From Patescibacteria group bacterium (GTDB lineage: Bacteria > Patescibacteriota > JABMPQ01 > JAQVVF01), in assembly GCA_041662665.1 (NCBI GenBank), contig JBAZSC010000001.1:449511-513510 (forward strand): a DNA stretch of 64,000 nt, written 5' to 3'. A program made the position numbers and the translations under genes. The notes beneath the pieces were generated by a model. The model made no database searches. It had not been told where the DNA came from and saw only the letters and a list, made by a program, of their open reading frames with translations. Shown one piece after another: positions 9,196-17,475 of this stretch (position 1 is the first letter of the stretch; the number at the start of each line of letters is the position of its first letter).

Positions 9196-11271
9196 ATGCA
9201 AAGTGAACTTCGCCAAAATAGAATCAAAAAATTAGAAGAAATCAAAGCTTTAAACATTGATCCATATCCAGCATATGCAGAAAGAACAAATACATGTCAG
9301 GAAATCATTAACGATTTTGACAAGTTTAAAGACCAAAAAAATATTATAGTTGGTCGTATTTTTTTATTTCGTCCATTTGGCAAAGCAACATTTGCCCAAA
9401 TTGGCGATGAGACAGGAAGAATCCAAGTTTATTTTAAAGAAGAAAATTTAAAAAAGAATTATGATTTAGTCAGAAAATTAGATATTGGCGATTTTATTCA
9501 AGCCACTGGCACATTATTTTTAACTAAAACAAAAGAAAAAACTGTCCAAGTCAGCAATGTAAAATTATTAACAAAATCAATTCTGCCTCTTCCGGAAAAA
9601 TTTCATGGCTTGAAAAATGAAGAAGAGCGCTATCGCAAAAGATATTTAGATTTAATTTCGAATAAAAAAACTTTTGATTTATTCAAAAAAAGAACTCAAT
9701 TCGTAAATTCAATTCGAAGCTTTATGCAAGAATCAGGTTTTATGGAAGTTGAAACTCCGACATTAGAGCATATTCCAGGCGGTGCAGACGCAACTCCATT
9801 CGTTACTCATCATAATGCATTAGACATCGATTTGTATTTACGCATTTCACTTGAGCTTCACTTAAAAAGATTAATTGTCGGCGGCTATGAAAAGATTTTT
9901 GAAATTGGCAAAGTTTTTCGTAATGAAGGAATTTCGCCTCAACATTTACAAGAATTCACAATGATGGAATATTATTGGGCTTATGCAACTTGGAAGGATC
10001 TAATTGGTTTTACTGAAAATTTTTACACCAAAATTATTAATGACACTTTTGGAACATTAAAAATAAAATACAAAGATCAAATTTTGGATTTTACAACTCC
10101 ATGGAAACAATATGATTACATAGAATTAATAAAAGACAAAACTGGTATTGATTTAAACAAAGCAAATACTTTTGAAAAACTGATCGAAGAAATTAGAGCC
10201 AAAAAAATAGAAGTTGAAAATGTAATTGGCTATGGCAGATTAGTTGATAATCTTTACAAAAAAACAGTTAGACCAAGTTTAATTCAGCCATGCTTTTTAA
10301 TTAATCAGCCTGTTGCAATTTCTCCATTAGCCAAAAAGAATGAAAATAATCAAAATACAACACAGCGTTTGCAAGTTTTAATTGCAGGCAGTGAATTAGG
10401 TAACGGTTTTTCAGAATTAAACGATCCATTAGATCAAAGACAAAGATTCGAGCAACAAGCAAAATTACGTAAAGAAGGGGACACAGAAGCGCAAATGATG
10501 GATGAAGATTTTGTTGAAGCTTTGGAATATGGCATGCCTCCAACTGCTGGTTTTGGTGTTGGCATTGATCGTTTATTAGCCATTCTTACAAATTCAGAAA
10601 ATATTAGAGATGTAATTTTCTTTCCACTAATGCGTCCCGAAAAAAATAATTTAGAAGCAAAGTCCAAGCCTTCAAAATATTCAGAAGTTGAAGAAGTGAA
10701 ATCAATGGATTCAGTTATTGACCGCAAAACAGCTTGGGAGTTATTAAAGCAAAATGTTAAAACAGAAAATTTAATTAAGCATTGTTTGGCATCAGAGGCA
10801 ATCATGAAAGCTTTAGCCAAAAAATTAAATAAACCAGAACAAGCTTGGGGAATTACTGGTCTTGTTCATGATTTAGATTTTGATTATACAAAAGAAAAGC
10901 CAGAAAAACATGCTTTGATGACAGCCGATATTTTAAATGAATATGAGGTACCAGAAGATATGATTGATGCAATTAAATCGCATAATTATGAAAATACCGG
11001 CATCACCAAAAAAACAGATTTAGATTTTGCTTTGTCGGCATCAGAACAGCTTAGCGGTTTAATTGTTTCTGCCACTCTAGTCTTGCCAGACAAAAAATTG
11101 CAATCATTAAAACCAGAATCAGTTCTGAAAAAAATGAAAGAAAAATCTTTTGCTAGAAATATCAGCAGAGAAGATATTCAAGATGTAGAAAAATTAGGAA
11201 TTAATTTAGATGAATTTGTTGCTTTAGCTATCAAGTCAATGCAAGAAATCAATAATGATTTAGGATTATAA
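9196..11271 (+). CDS. lysS: Lysyl-tRNA synthetase (class II) fused to a C-terminal HD-domain phosphohydrolase, roughly residues 515-691
   Basis: N-terminal OB-fold anticodon-binding domain. Class II motifs FRNEG, GGAD and GFGVGIDRL. Beyond ~aa 500 there is an extra ~180-aa region with HD signature (HCLASEAIM...GLVHDLD...KSHNYE). Confidence 0.85.
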   Translation: MQSELRQNRIKKLEEIKALNIDPYPAYAERTNTCQEIINDFDKFKDQKNIIVGRIFLFRPFGKATFAQIGDETGRIQVYFKEENLKKNYDLVRKLDIGDFIQATGTLFLTKTKEKTVQVSNVKLLTKSILPLPEKFHGLKNEEERYRKRYLDLISNKKTFDLFKKRTQFVNSIRSFMQESGFMEVETPTLEHIPGGADATPFVTHHNALDIDLYLRISLELHLKRLIVGGYEKIFEIGKVFRNEGISPQHLQEFTMMEYYWAYATWKDLIGFTENFYTKIINDTFGTLKIKYKDQILDFTTPWKQYDYIELIKDKTGIDLNKANTFEKLIEEIRAKKIEVENVIGYGRLVDNLYKKTVRPSLIQPCFLINQPVAISPLAKKNENNQNTTQRLQVLIAGSELGNGFSELNDPLDQRQRFEQQAKLRKEGDTEAQMMDEDFVEALEYGMPPTAGFGVGIDRLLAILTNSENIRDVIFFPLMRPEKNNLEAKSKPSKYSEVEEVKSMDSVIDRKTAWELLKQNVKTENLIKHCLASEAIMKALAKKLNKPEQAWGITGLVHDLDFDYTKEKPEKHALMTADILNEYEVPEDMIDAIKSHNYENTGITKKTDLDFALSASEQLSGLIVSATLVLPDKKLQSLKPESVLKKMKEKSFARNISREDIQDVEKLGINLDEFVALAIKSMQEINNDLGL

Positions 11272-11291
11272 TTTTTTAAAACCAAAACATA

Positions 11292-11942
11292 ATGCCAAAT
11301 CCAGAACAACCACAACCAATTCAAGAAAATTTAGCTGATGTTAAAGAGCCTCAACAAAATAATGTTGAAGGTCTTGAAGTTGCTCATGGGGAAGAATTAG
11401 AAAATGTTGTTGATGCAGCAAATGCCTTAGCAGGAAAAATTGAACGAGATGAAAAAGTTACAAAAGGAGAAGTTTATGATTTGCGAGAAGCTTTGGGACA
11501 AGTTAAATTTGATATTGGTGGAGAAATGATGACAATAGAACAGATTAAGCAAATTCCAGATCTGAAAACAAATCTTCCAATATTTCAAGAAATTCAAGCC
11601 GGGAATCTTAAGAGAGTGACAATGCTTTCGTTCTTACCTAAAAATATTGCAGAATCATTGAGCCACCATCATGGTGATCTTTATCTTATCGGTCTTTCTT
11701 CCTTATCTGATGAAGCTGCAGAATCATTGAGCCATCATCAAGGCGATCTTGATCTAAGAAATCTTTCTTCTTTATCTGACGCATCCGCAGAATCATTAAG
11801 TCATCATAACGGTGTTCTTAGTCTCTCTTTCCTTTCTTCTTTGTCTGATAGAGCTGCAGAATCATTGAGCCATCATCAGGGAAATTTAATTACTTCACCA
11901 AAAATTCAAGAACAAATCGATAAATTTAAAACCAAAAAATAA
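11292..11942 (+). CDS. Array paralog P1: conserved acidic N-domain, four 24-aa LRR-like repeats (LSSLSDxAAESLSHHxGxLxL), KFKTKK C-tail
   Basis: Starts MPNPEQPQPIQENLADVKEPQQ. First member of a 9-gene head-to-tail array. The 5' ~230 nt are ~90% identical to P4 and P8. Confidence 0.8.
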   Translation: MPNPEQPQPIQENLADVKEPQQNNVEGLEVAHGEELENVVDAANALAGKIERDEKVTKGEVYDLREALGQVKFDIGGEMMTIEQIKQIPDLKTNLPIFQEIQAGNLKRVTMLSFLPKNIAESLSHHHGDLYLIGLSSLSDEAAESLSHHQGDLDLRNLSSLSDASAESLSHHNGVLSLSFLSSLSDRAAESLSHHQGNLITSPKIQEQIDKFKTKK

Positions 11943-12548
11943 ATGCCAAATCCAGAACAACCAATGCAAGAAAAAATAGCTGATGTTAAAGAACCTCAAC
12001 AAAAAGTTGAAGGTCTTGAAATTGCGAAAACAGAAGAATTAAAAAAAGTAGTTGCTGCAGCAAATGTTTTAGCAGAAAAAATTGAAAGAAATGAAAATGT
12101 CACAGCCGGAGATGTTTTAGATTTAAAAGAGGCTTTGGGACAAGTTAAATTTGATTTCTACGGAGATCCATTAACATCAGAAGAAATAAAAAAGATTCCG
12201 AATTTACAAAAAAATATCGAAGTTTATAAAGGGATTAAGGCGAAAAAATTTTTGACTGGAGATTTATCTATACTTACTTATCTACCAGTAAAAATTGCAG
12301 AAACTATTAAGCGAGATTTTAAAAGCTCAATGCTATTTCTAAATGGCCTCACTTCTTTATCTGAAGAAGCTGCTAACAATCTCAAGGATTGGTTGAATGA
12401 ATCAAATTTCAGGACTCTTAGTATTACTGGAATTACTTCATTATCGCCTAAAGTAATTCAAATTCTTGCTCAATTTAAAAGAGAGCCTGCTGTTTCTGAA
12501 GAAATTGGCAATCAAATTGATAAATATAGACGACAATCTTATTTATGA
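11943..12548 (+). CDS. Array paralog P2 (divergent C-terminus ...QIDKYRRQSYL)
   Basis: Same conserved N-domain (MPNPEQPMQEKIADVKEPQQ...KIERNENVTAGDVLDLKEALGQVKFD). Start codon directly abuts the P1 stop. Its stop overlaps the ATG of a ribL 5' remnant. Confidence 0.75.
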   Translation: MPNPEQPMQEKIADVKEPQQKVEGLEIAKTEELKKVVAAANVLAEKIERNENVTAGDVLDLKEALGQVKFDFYGDPLTSEEIKKIPNLQKNIEVYKGIKAKKFLTGDLSILTYLPVKIAETIKRDFKSSMLFLNGLTSLSEEAANNLKDWLNESNFRTLSITGITSLSPKVIQILAQFKREPAVSEEIGNQIDKYRRQSYL

Positions 12549-12663
12549 AAAAAATACTCATCTTCGGCACATTTGATCTCTTGCATCCAGGCCATCTTGA
12601 TTTTTTAAAAATAAATATTTATAAAAGATGCTACAGAAATTTAAATTTAAAACCAAAAAATAA
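12545..12663 (+). pseudogene. Remnant of the 5' end of the RibL-like nucleotidyltransferase gene, fused to a paralog 3'-tail/junction sequence
   Basis: ATGAAAAAAATACTCATCTTCGGCACATTTGATCTCTTGCATCCAGGCCATCTTGATTTTTT matches the first ~60 nt of the intact gene at 18674 (MKK.LIFGTFDLLHPGHLDF). It then switches to ...gaaatttaaatttaaaaccaaaaaataaATG, which is the array junction. Confidence 0.7.
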
Positions 12664-13410
12664 ATGCCACATCCAGAACAACCAATGCAAGAAAATTTAG
12701 CCGACATTAAAGAGCCTCAACAACAAAAAGCTGAAGGTCTTGAAATTGCAAAAACTCCAGAATCAGAAAGAGTTATTGAATCTGCAAATAATTTAGCTGG
12801 AAAAATTGAACGAGATGAAAAAGTTACAGCTGGAGAAGTTTACGATTTAAGAGAAACTTTGGGACAAATGAAATTTGATTTTTATGGCAATAATCTGACA
12901 ATCAAAGAAATTAGGCAAGATCCAAATATTCAAAAAAATATTGGAATATGGCAAGAAATAGAAAGTGGAAATTGGAGAAATCGTGAAAAGCTTACAATGC
13001 TTCCACCAAAAATAGCCAGAGCTTTTAAAAATGTACCTGGAGATGATGTTTATCTAAATAATCTTTCTTCGTTGCAACCAGAATCAGTCAAAGCAATAAA
13101 AGATTGGGAAAAGGTTAGATTTTTACATCTTGATGGGATATCAAATATTTCAAAAGATGTCGCAACAGCTTTAGCGGCCTGGCATGGAGAAAATTTACAT
13201 TTACGCGGGCTTACAACAATATCACAAGAGGAAGCTAAAGCATTAAAAGATTGGTCAGGAACAAGGTTGTATCTTTCAGGACTCATTTCTATATCTGATG
13301 AAGCTGCAGAAGAACTTAAAAAATTTAGTGGTTTTATAGATTGTCCAGATGAAATTCAAAAACAGATTTATGGAATTAGTTTAGTTAGAAGAAGAATTCC
13401 AATGAGATAA
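12664..13410 (+). CDS. Array paralog P3 (MPHPEQ... variant, divergent C-terminus)
   Basis: Conserved N-domain with the TPESERVIESANNLAGKIERDEKVT variant, shared with P6/P7. LRR-like repeats follow. Confidence 0.75.
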   Translation: MPHPEQPMQENLADIKEPQQQKAEGLEIAKTPESERVIESANNLAGKIERDEKVTAGEVYDLRETLGQMKFDFYGNNLTIKEIRQDPNIQKNIGIWQEIESGNWRNREKLTMLPPKIARAFKNVPGDDVYLNNLSSLQPESVKAIKDWEKVRFLHLDGISNISKDVATALAAWHGENLHLRGLTTISQEEAKALKDWSGTRLYLSGLISISDEAAEELKKFSGFIDCPDEIQKQIYGISLVRRRIPMR

Positions 13411-13443
13411 AAAAGATTTATTAAAAATTTCTCAAATCTTAAT

Positions 13444-13561
13444 ATGAAAAAAGTTTTAATTTTCGGTACATTTGATCTCTTGCATCCAGGCCATCTTGAT
13501 TTTTTAAAAATAAATATTTATAAAAGATGCTACAGAAATTTAAATTTAAAACCAAAACATA
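13444..13561 (+). pseudogene. Second remnant of the RibL-like gene 5' end plus junction sequence
   Basis: Near-identical to 12545-12663 (atgaaaaaagttttaattttcggtacatttgatctcttgcatccaggccatcttgattttttaaaaataaatatttataaaagatgctacagaaatttaaatttaaaaccaaaacataATG). Confidence 0.7.
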
Positions 13562-14311
13562 ATGCCAAATCCAGAACAACCACAACCAATTCAAGAAAAT
13601 TTAGCTGACGTCAAAGAACCTCAACAAAATAATGTAGAAGGTCTTGAAGTTGCTCATGGGGAAGAATTAGAAAATGTTGTTGATGCAGCAAATGCTTTAG
13701 CAGAAAAAATTGAAAGAGATGAAAAGGTTACAGAAGGAGAAGTTTATGATTTGCGAGAAGCTTTGGGACAAATGGAATTTAATTATGGTGGAGATTCAAT
13801 GTCTATCACTGAAATTCAGAAAATTAAAGATTGGAAGAAAAATCTTGAAATCCTAAAAGAAATTAACGCCGGTAGCTTTAAGCATATTAGAGAGCTTACT
13901 TTTTTGACTGTCTCAGCTGCAGACGCTATAAGAAAAAAACGAGATGTAGATTTTTTGATAGGAGATTCAACCATACCTTTTGATAGTCTTGCTTCACTTT
14001 CTGATAGAGCCGCAGAATTGCTAAGTCATTGCAAATTGTCAAATTTACGCTTTGACAAGATAACCTCTTTATCTGATCAAGCTATTGAACATTTATCAAA
14101 TTTTTTTGGAGAACTTTATCTCAAAGGTCTTACTTCTTTGTCTGATAATGCTGCAGCTTCATTATCTAAATCTGAATGTTTAGTTCTTGCGCTTGATGGT
14201 TTAACTTCTTTGTCTGACAAAGCTGCAGAATCACTCGCTGAATATAAGGGTCAATTAGCAATAAAAAAAGAATTCAGACTGAAAATCAATCAATTTAAAA
14301 CCAAAAAATAA
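13562..14311 (+). CDS. Array paralog P4
   Basis: 5' end near-identical to P1 and P8. Has LRR-like repeats (LTSLSD.AAESL) and a ...NQFKTKK tail. Confidence 0.8.
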   Translation: MPNPEQPQPIQENLADVKEPQQNNVEGLEVAHGEELENVVDAANALAEKIERDEKVTEGEVYDLREALGQMEFNYGGDSMSITEIQKIKDWKKNLEILKEINAGSFKHIRELTFLTVSAADAIRKKRDVDFLIGDSTIPFDSLASLSDRAAELLSHCKLSNLRFDKITSLSDQAIEHLSNFFGELYLKGLTSLSDNAAASLSKSECLVLALDGLTSLSDKAAESLAEYKGQLAIKKEFRLKINQFKTKK

Positions 14312-14312
14312 T

Positions 14313-15173
14313 ATGCCAAATCCAGAACAATCGCAACCAATGCAAGAAAATGTAGCAGATGTTATAGAGCCCAAACAAAATACTGAGCCAAATATTGAAA
14401 TTGCCCAAACGCCAGAATTAGAAAACGTTGTTGACACAGCCAACGTTTTAGCAGAAAAAATTGAAGGAGATGAAAAAGTTACAGAAGGAGATGTTTATGA
14501 TTTGCGAGAAGCTCTGGGACAAATGAAATTTGATATTGGCGGAAAAATGATGACCGCAAATGAGCTCAGAGAAAATCCAGAATTACTAGCAAATTATAGG
14601 ATTTTGCAAGAAATGAAAAAAGGTAATTTTTCTAATATTCAAAATCTAACTAATCTTTCTTCTGAAACAGCAGAATTTCTTGTAAAACAAGGATTTAAGG
14701 TTGGAAATATATTAGACTTTAGAAAAATAAAAAAATTATCTTTAGATTCATTGAGAATTTTATCGAAATGGGAAGGAACTGCAATTGATTTTAGCGGATT
14801 AACTGATATGCCAAAAGAATTAGCTCGAATTTTGAAAGATTTTAAAGACGTTAGAAATTTAGACTTTAATGGTCTAACTGATTTGCCAAGCGAATCAGCA
14901 GCTATTTTAAAAGACTGGAATGGAGATTGTCTCTCTTTTGATGGACTTGCAACAATATCAAGAAATACAGCAAAAGAACTAAGCAAATGGAAAGGATTTT
15001 TTTTAGAGATAAGAGGAATCAAAACTCTTGATCAAGAAACAGCAAAAATTTTAGGAAAATGGGAGAGCACAAAACCCCGAGTACCATTATTTCCAAAAAT
15101 AGGTCATCGTACTTACTCAAGACGTTTCATCGAGGCTCCAATCAATATTTTAAATCAAATTCATGGAAGATAA
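14313..15173 (+). CDS. Array paralog P5 (divergent tail)
   Basis: Conserved N-domain. Repeats of type GLTDLPSESAAILKDWNGDxL. C-tail diverged from the KFKTKK consensus. Confidence 0.75.
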   Translation: MPNPEQSQPMQENVADVIEPKQNTEPNIEIAQTPELENVVDTANVLAEKIEGDEKVTEGDVYDLREALGQMKFDIGGKMMTANELRENPELLANYRILQEMKKGNFSNIQNLTNLSSETAEFLVKQGFKVGNILDFRKIKKLSLDSLRILSKWEGTAIDFSGLTDMPKELARILKDFKDVRNLDFNGLTDLPSESAAILKDWNGDCLSFDGLATISRNTAKELSKWKGFFLEIRGIKTLDQETAKILGKWESTKPRVPLFPKIGHRTYSRRFIEAPINILNQIHGR

Positions 15174-15178
15174 ATAAT

Positions 15179-15979
15179 ATGTCAAACCCAGAGCAACTAA
15201 TGCAAGAAAATTTAGCAGATGTCAAAGAACCTCAACAAAATGTTGAAGGTCTTGAAATTGCCAAAACACCTGAATCAGAAAAAGTTATTGAATCTGCAAA
15301 TAATTTAGCTGGAAAAATTGAACGAGATGAAAAGGTTACAGAAGGAGAAGTTGATGATTTGCGAGAAGCATTGGGACAAATGAAATTTGATATCAATGGA
15401 GAAATGATGACCATAGAACAGATTAAAGAAAATCCAGAAATGAAAATAAATTTCAAAATATTTCAAGAAATTCAATCTGGAGATCTACAAAGAAAATATA
15501 ATGTCGGACTTACGTTAGGGATTACATTTCTTCCTAAAAATATTGCTGAAGTGTTGAGCCATTATAATGGAACGCTTAACTTTCACAGACTTTCATTCAT
15601 ATCGGATTCAGCCGCAGAAGCATTGAGCCATCATAAAGGCACTCTTCATCTTAATAAACTTTCCTCTTTATCCGATAAAGCAGCGGAGTCATTGAGTCGT
15701 CATCAAGGATTTTTTCTCTATCTTATTGGGCTGTCTTCCTTATCTGATAAATCTATAGAATCATTGAGCCATTATCATGGTGGGCTTTTTCTCAGTGGTC
15801 TTTCTACTTTATCGGACAATGCCGCAGAATCATTGAGTCATCATCAAGAAAGTATTTATCTTGAAGGTCTTTCTTCTATATCTGATGCTGCCGCAGAATC
15901 ATTAAGCCATCACGACAAGTATTTAGGTGTCTCGCCAAAAATTCAAGAACAAATCAATAAATTTAAAACCAAAAAATAA
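15179..15979 (+). CDS. Array paralog P6 (MSNPEQ... start; first in-frame ATG of ORF 15059..15979)
   Basis: ATG at 15179 sits 5 nt after the P5 stop. Five LSSLSD.AAESLSHHxG repeats. ...INKFKTKK tail. Confidence 0.75.
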   Translation: MSNPEQLMQENLADVKEPQQNVEGLEIAKTPESEKVIESANNLAGKIERDEKVTEGEVDDLREALGQMKFDINGEMMTIEQIKENPEMKINFKIFQEIQSGDLQRKYNVGLTLGITFLPKNIAEVLSHYNGTLNFHRLSFISDSAAEALSHHKGTLHLNKLSSLSDKAAESLSRHQGFFLYLIGLSSLSDKSIESLSHYHGGLFLSGLSTLSDNAAESLSHHQESIYLEGLSSISDAAAESLSHHDKYLGVSPKIQEQINKFKTKK

Positions 15980-15980
15980 T

Positions 15981-16628
15981 ATGCCAAATCCAGAACAACC
16001 AATGAAAGAAAATATAGCCGACATTAAAGAGCCTCAACAACATAATGTTGAAGGTCTTGAAATCGCAAAAACACCTGAATCAGAAAGAGTAATTGAATCT
16101 GCAAACAATTTAGCAGGAAAAATTGAACGAGATGAAAAAGTTGCAGCTGGAGAAGTTTATGATTTGCGAGAAGCATTAGGACAAATGAAATTTGATGTTG
16201 GCGGAGAGATGATGACAAAAGAACAAATTAAGCAAATTCCTGATCTGCAAGAAAATCTAAAAATAATGAAAGAAATTAAAGCTAGAGATTGTCGTAGAGC
16301 AAAGCAACTTACATTTTTAACGCAAAAAACAATAGAAAATTTAGGCAAACTTGTTTATAATTTTCATTTAGACGGGATAACATTTTTGACTGATACTACC
16401 GCAGAATCATTAAGCCACCATCACGGAGATCTTTATCTGCTAAACCTCACTTCGTTATCTGACGCTGCTGCTGAATCATTGAGTCACCATCAAGCAGCAC
16501 TTTTTTTTAACAGACTATCTTCTTTATCTGATGCAGCTGCCGAGTCACTCAGTCGTCATTCAGGACTTCTTGGCCTCAATAACAGCAATCTCAAAAGACA
16601 GATAGATAAATTTAAAACCAAAAAATAA
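15981..16628 (+). CDS. Array paralog P7
   Basis: ATG at 15981 (residue 19 of track ORF 15927..16628), 1 nt after the P6 stop. ...IDKFKTKK tail. Confidence 0.75.
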   Translation: MPNPEQPMKENIADIKEPQQHNVEGLEIAKTPESERVIESANNLAGKIERDEKVAAGEVYDLREALGQMKFDVGGEMMTKEQIKQIPDLQENLKIMKEIKARDCRRAKQLTFLTQKTIENLGKLVYNFHLDGITFLTDTTAESLSHHHGDLYLLNLTSLSDAAAESLSHHQAALFFNRLSSLSDAAAESLSRHSGLLGLNNSNLKRQIDKFKTKK

Positions 16629-17474
16629 ATGCCAAATCCAGAACAACCACAACCAATTCAAGAAAATATAGCCGACGTTACAGAGCCTCAACAACAAAAT
16701 GTTGAAGGTCTTGAAGTTGCTCATGGGGAAGAATTAGAAAATGTTGTTGATGCAGCAAATGCTTTAGCAGAAAAAATTGAACGAGATGAAAAGGTTACAG
16801 AAGGAGAAGTTGATGATTTGCGAGAAGCTTTGGGACAAATGAAAATAGATGTTGGCGGAGAAATAATGACACTAGAAGAATTCAAAGGAACTTATCTTGA
16901 AATCTTAAAAGAAATCAAATCTGGAAATTTAACAAGAAGTAACGAGCTCCGCTTTTTGACTGATTCTGTTGCTACGACGTTGGAAAACAGTAGAGGTACA
17001 ATTTTTCTTAGTGGACTTACTTCATTGTCTGATTCAGCCGCTGAAATTTTAAGTCATCATCATTTTGATATTATTCTAAATGGCCTTACTTCTTTATCTG
17101 ATTCTGCTGCCGAGTCTTTTGGCCATCACCGTGGAAATCTTTTTCTTAGAGGTCTTACCTCTTTATCAGACAAAGCAGCTAAATCTCTGGGCCATCGCTA
17201 CGGAGATCTATACCTCGATAGTCTCAAAACTTTATCGGATTCTGCTGCTGAATCTTTGCGCCATCTTGATGGAAGCCTTTATCTTGATGGTCTTAGTACA
17301 TTATCGGATTCTGCTGCTGAATCGTTCAGCAATCAAAGCTGGCGAGTTTATTTTATGGGCTTAGTCTCATTGTCAGACCAGGCAATCGAATCATTAAGTC
17401 ATTTCAAAGGTAATTATCTTGGAGTTCCAGATAACATTAGTGATAAAATCAACAAATTTAAAACCAAAAAATAA
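16629..17474 (+). CDS. Array paralog P8 (six LRR-like repeats)
   Basis: ATG immediately follows the P7 TAA. 5' end near-identical to P1/P4. Confidence 0.8.
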   Translation: MPNPEQPQPIQENIADVTEPQQQNVEGLEVAHGEELENVVDAANALAEKIERDEKVTEGEVDDLREALGQMKIDVGGEIMTLEEFKGTYLEILKEIKSGNLTRSNELRFLTDSVATTLENSRGTIFLSGLTSLSDSAAEILSHHHFDIILNGLTSLSDSAAESFGHHRGNLFLRGLTSLSDKAAKSLGHRYGDLYLDSLKTLSDSAAESLRHLDGSLYLDGLSTLSDSAAESFSNQSWRVYFMGLVSLSDQAIESLSHFKGNYLGVPDNISDKINKFKTKK

Positions 17475-17475
17475 T

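Noticed and set aside
10301-10820. ORFs 10301..10543(-) and 10434..10820(-) antisense to lysS
   Set aside because: Shadow ORFs within the LysRS catalytic domain.
15059-15178. N-terminal extensions of track ORFs 15059.., 15927.. and 17419.. reaching back into the upstream paralog
   Set aside because: The extensions read the previous gene's 3' end in another frame. In every case the conserved MPNPEQP/MSNPEQ start is the first ATG after the upstream stop, so I trimmed to that ATG.
13050-16348. Antisense ORFs 13050..13286, 14255..14443, 14639..15022, 15232..15456, 16024..16218 and 16157..16348
   Set aside because: All are antisense to array paralogs. Repeat-driven open frames.
17080-17364. ORF 17080..17364(+), 94 aa, inside P8 in another frame
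   Set aside because: Hydrophobic low-complexity translation of the LRR-repeat DNA. It is embedded in a gene with conserved paralogs.
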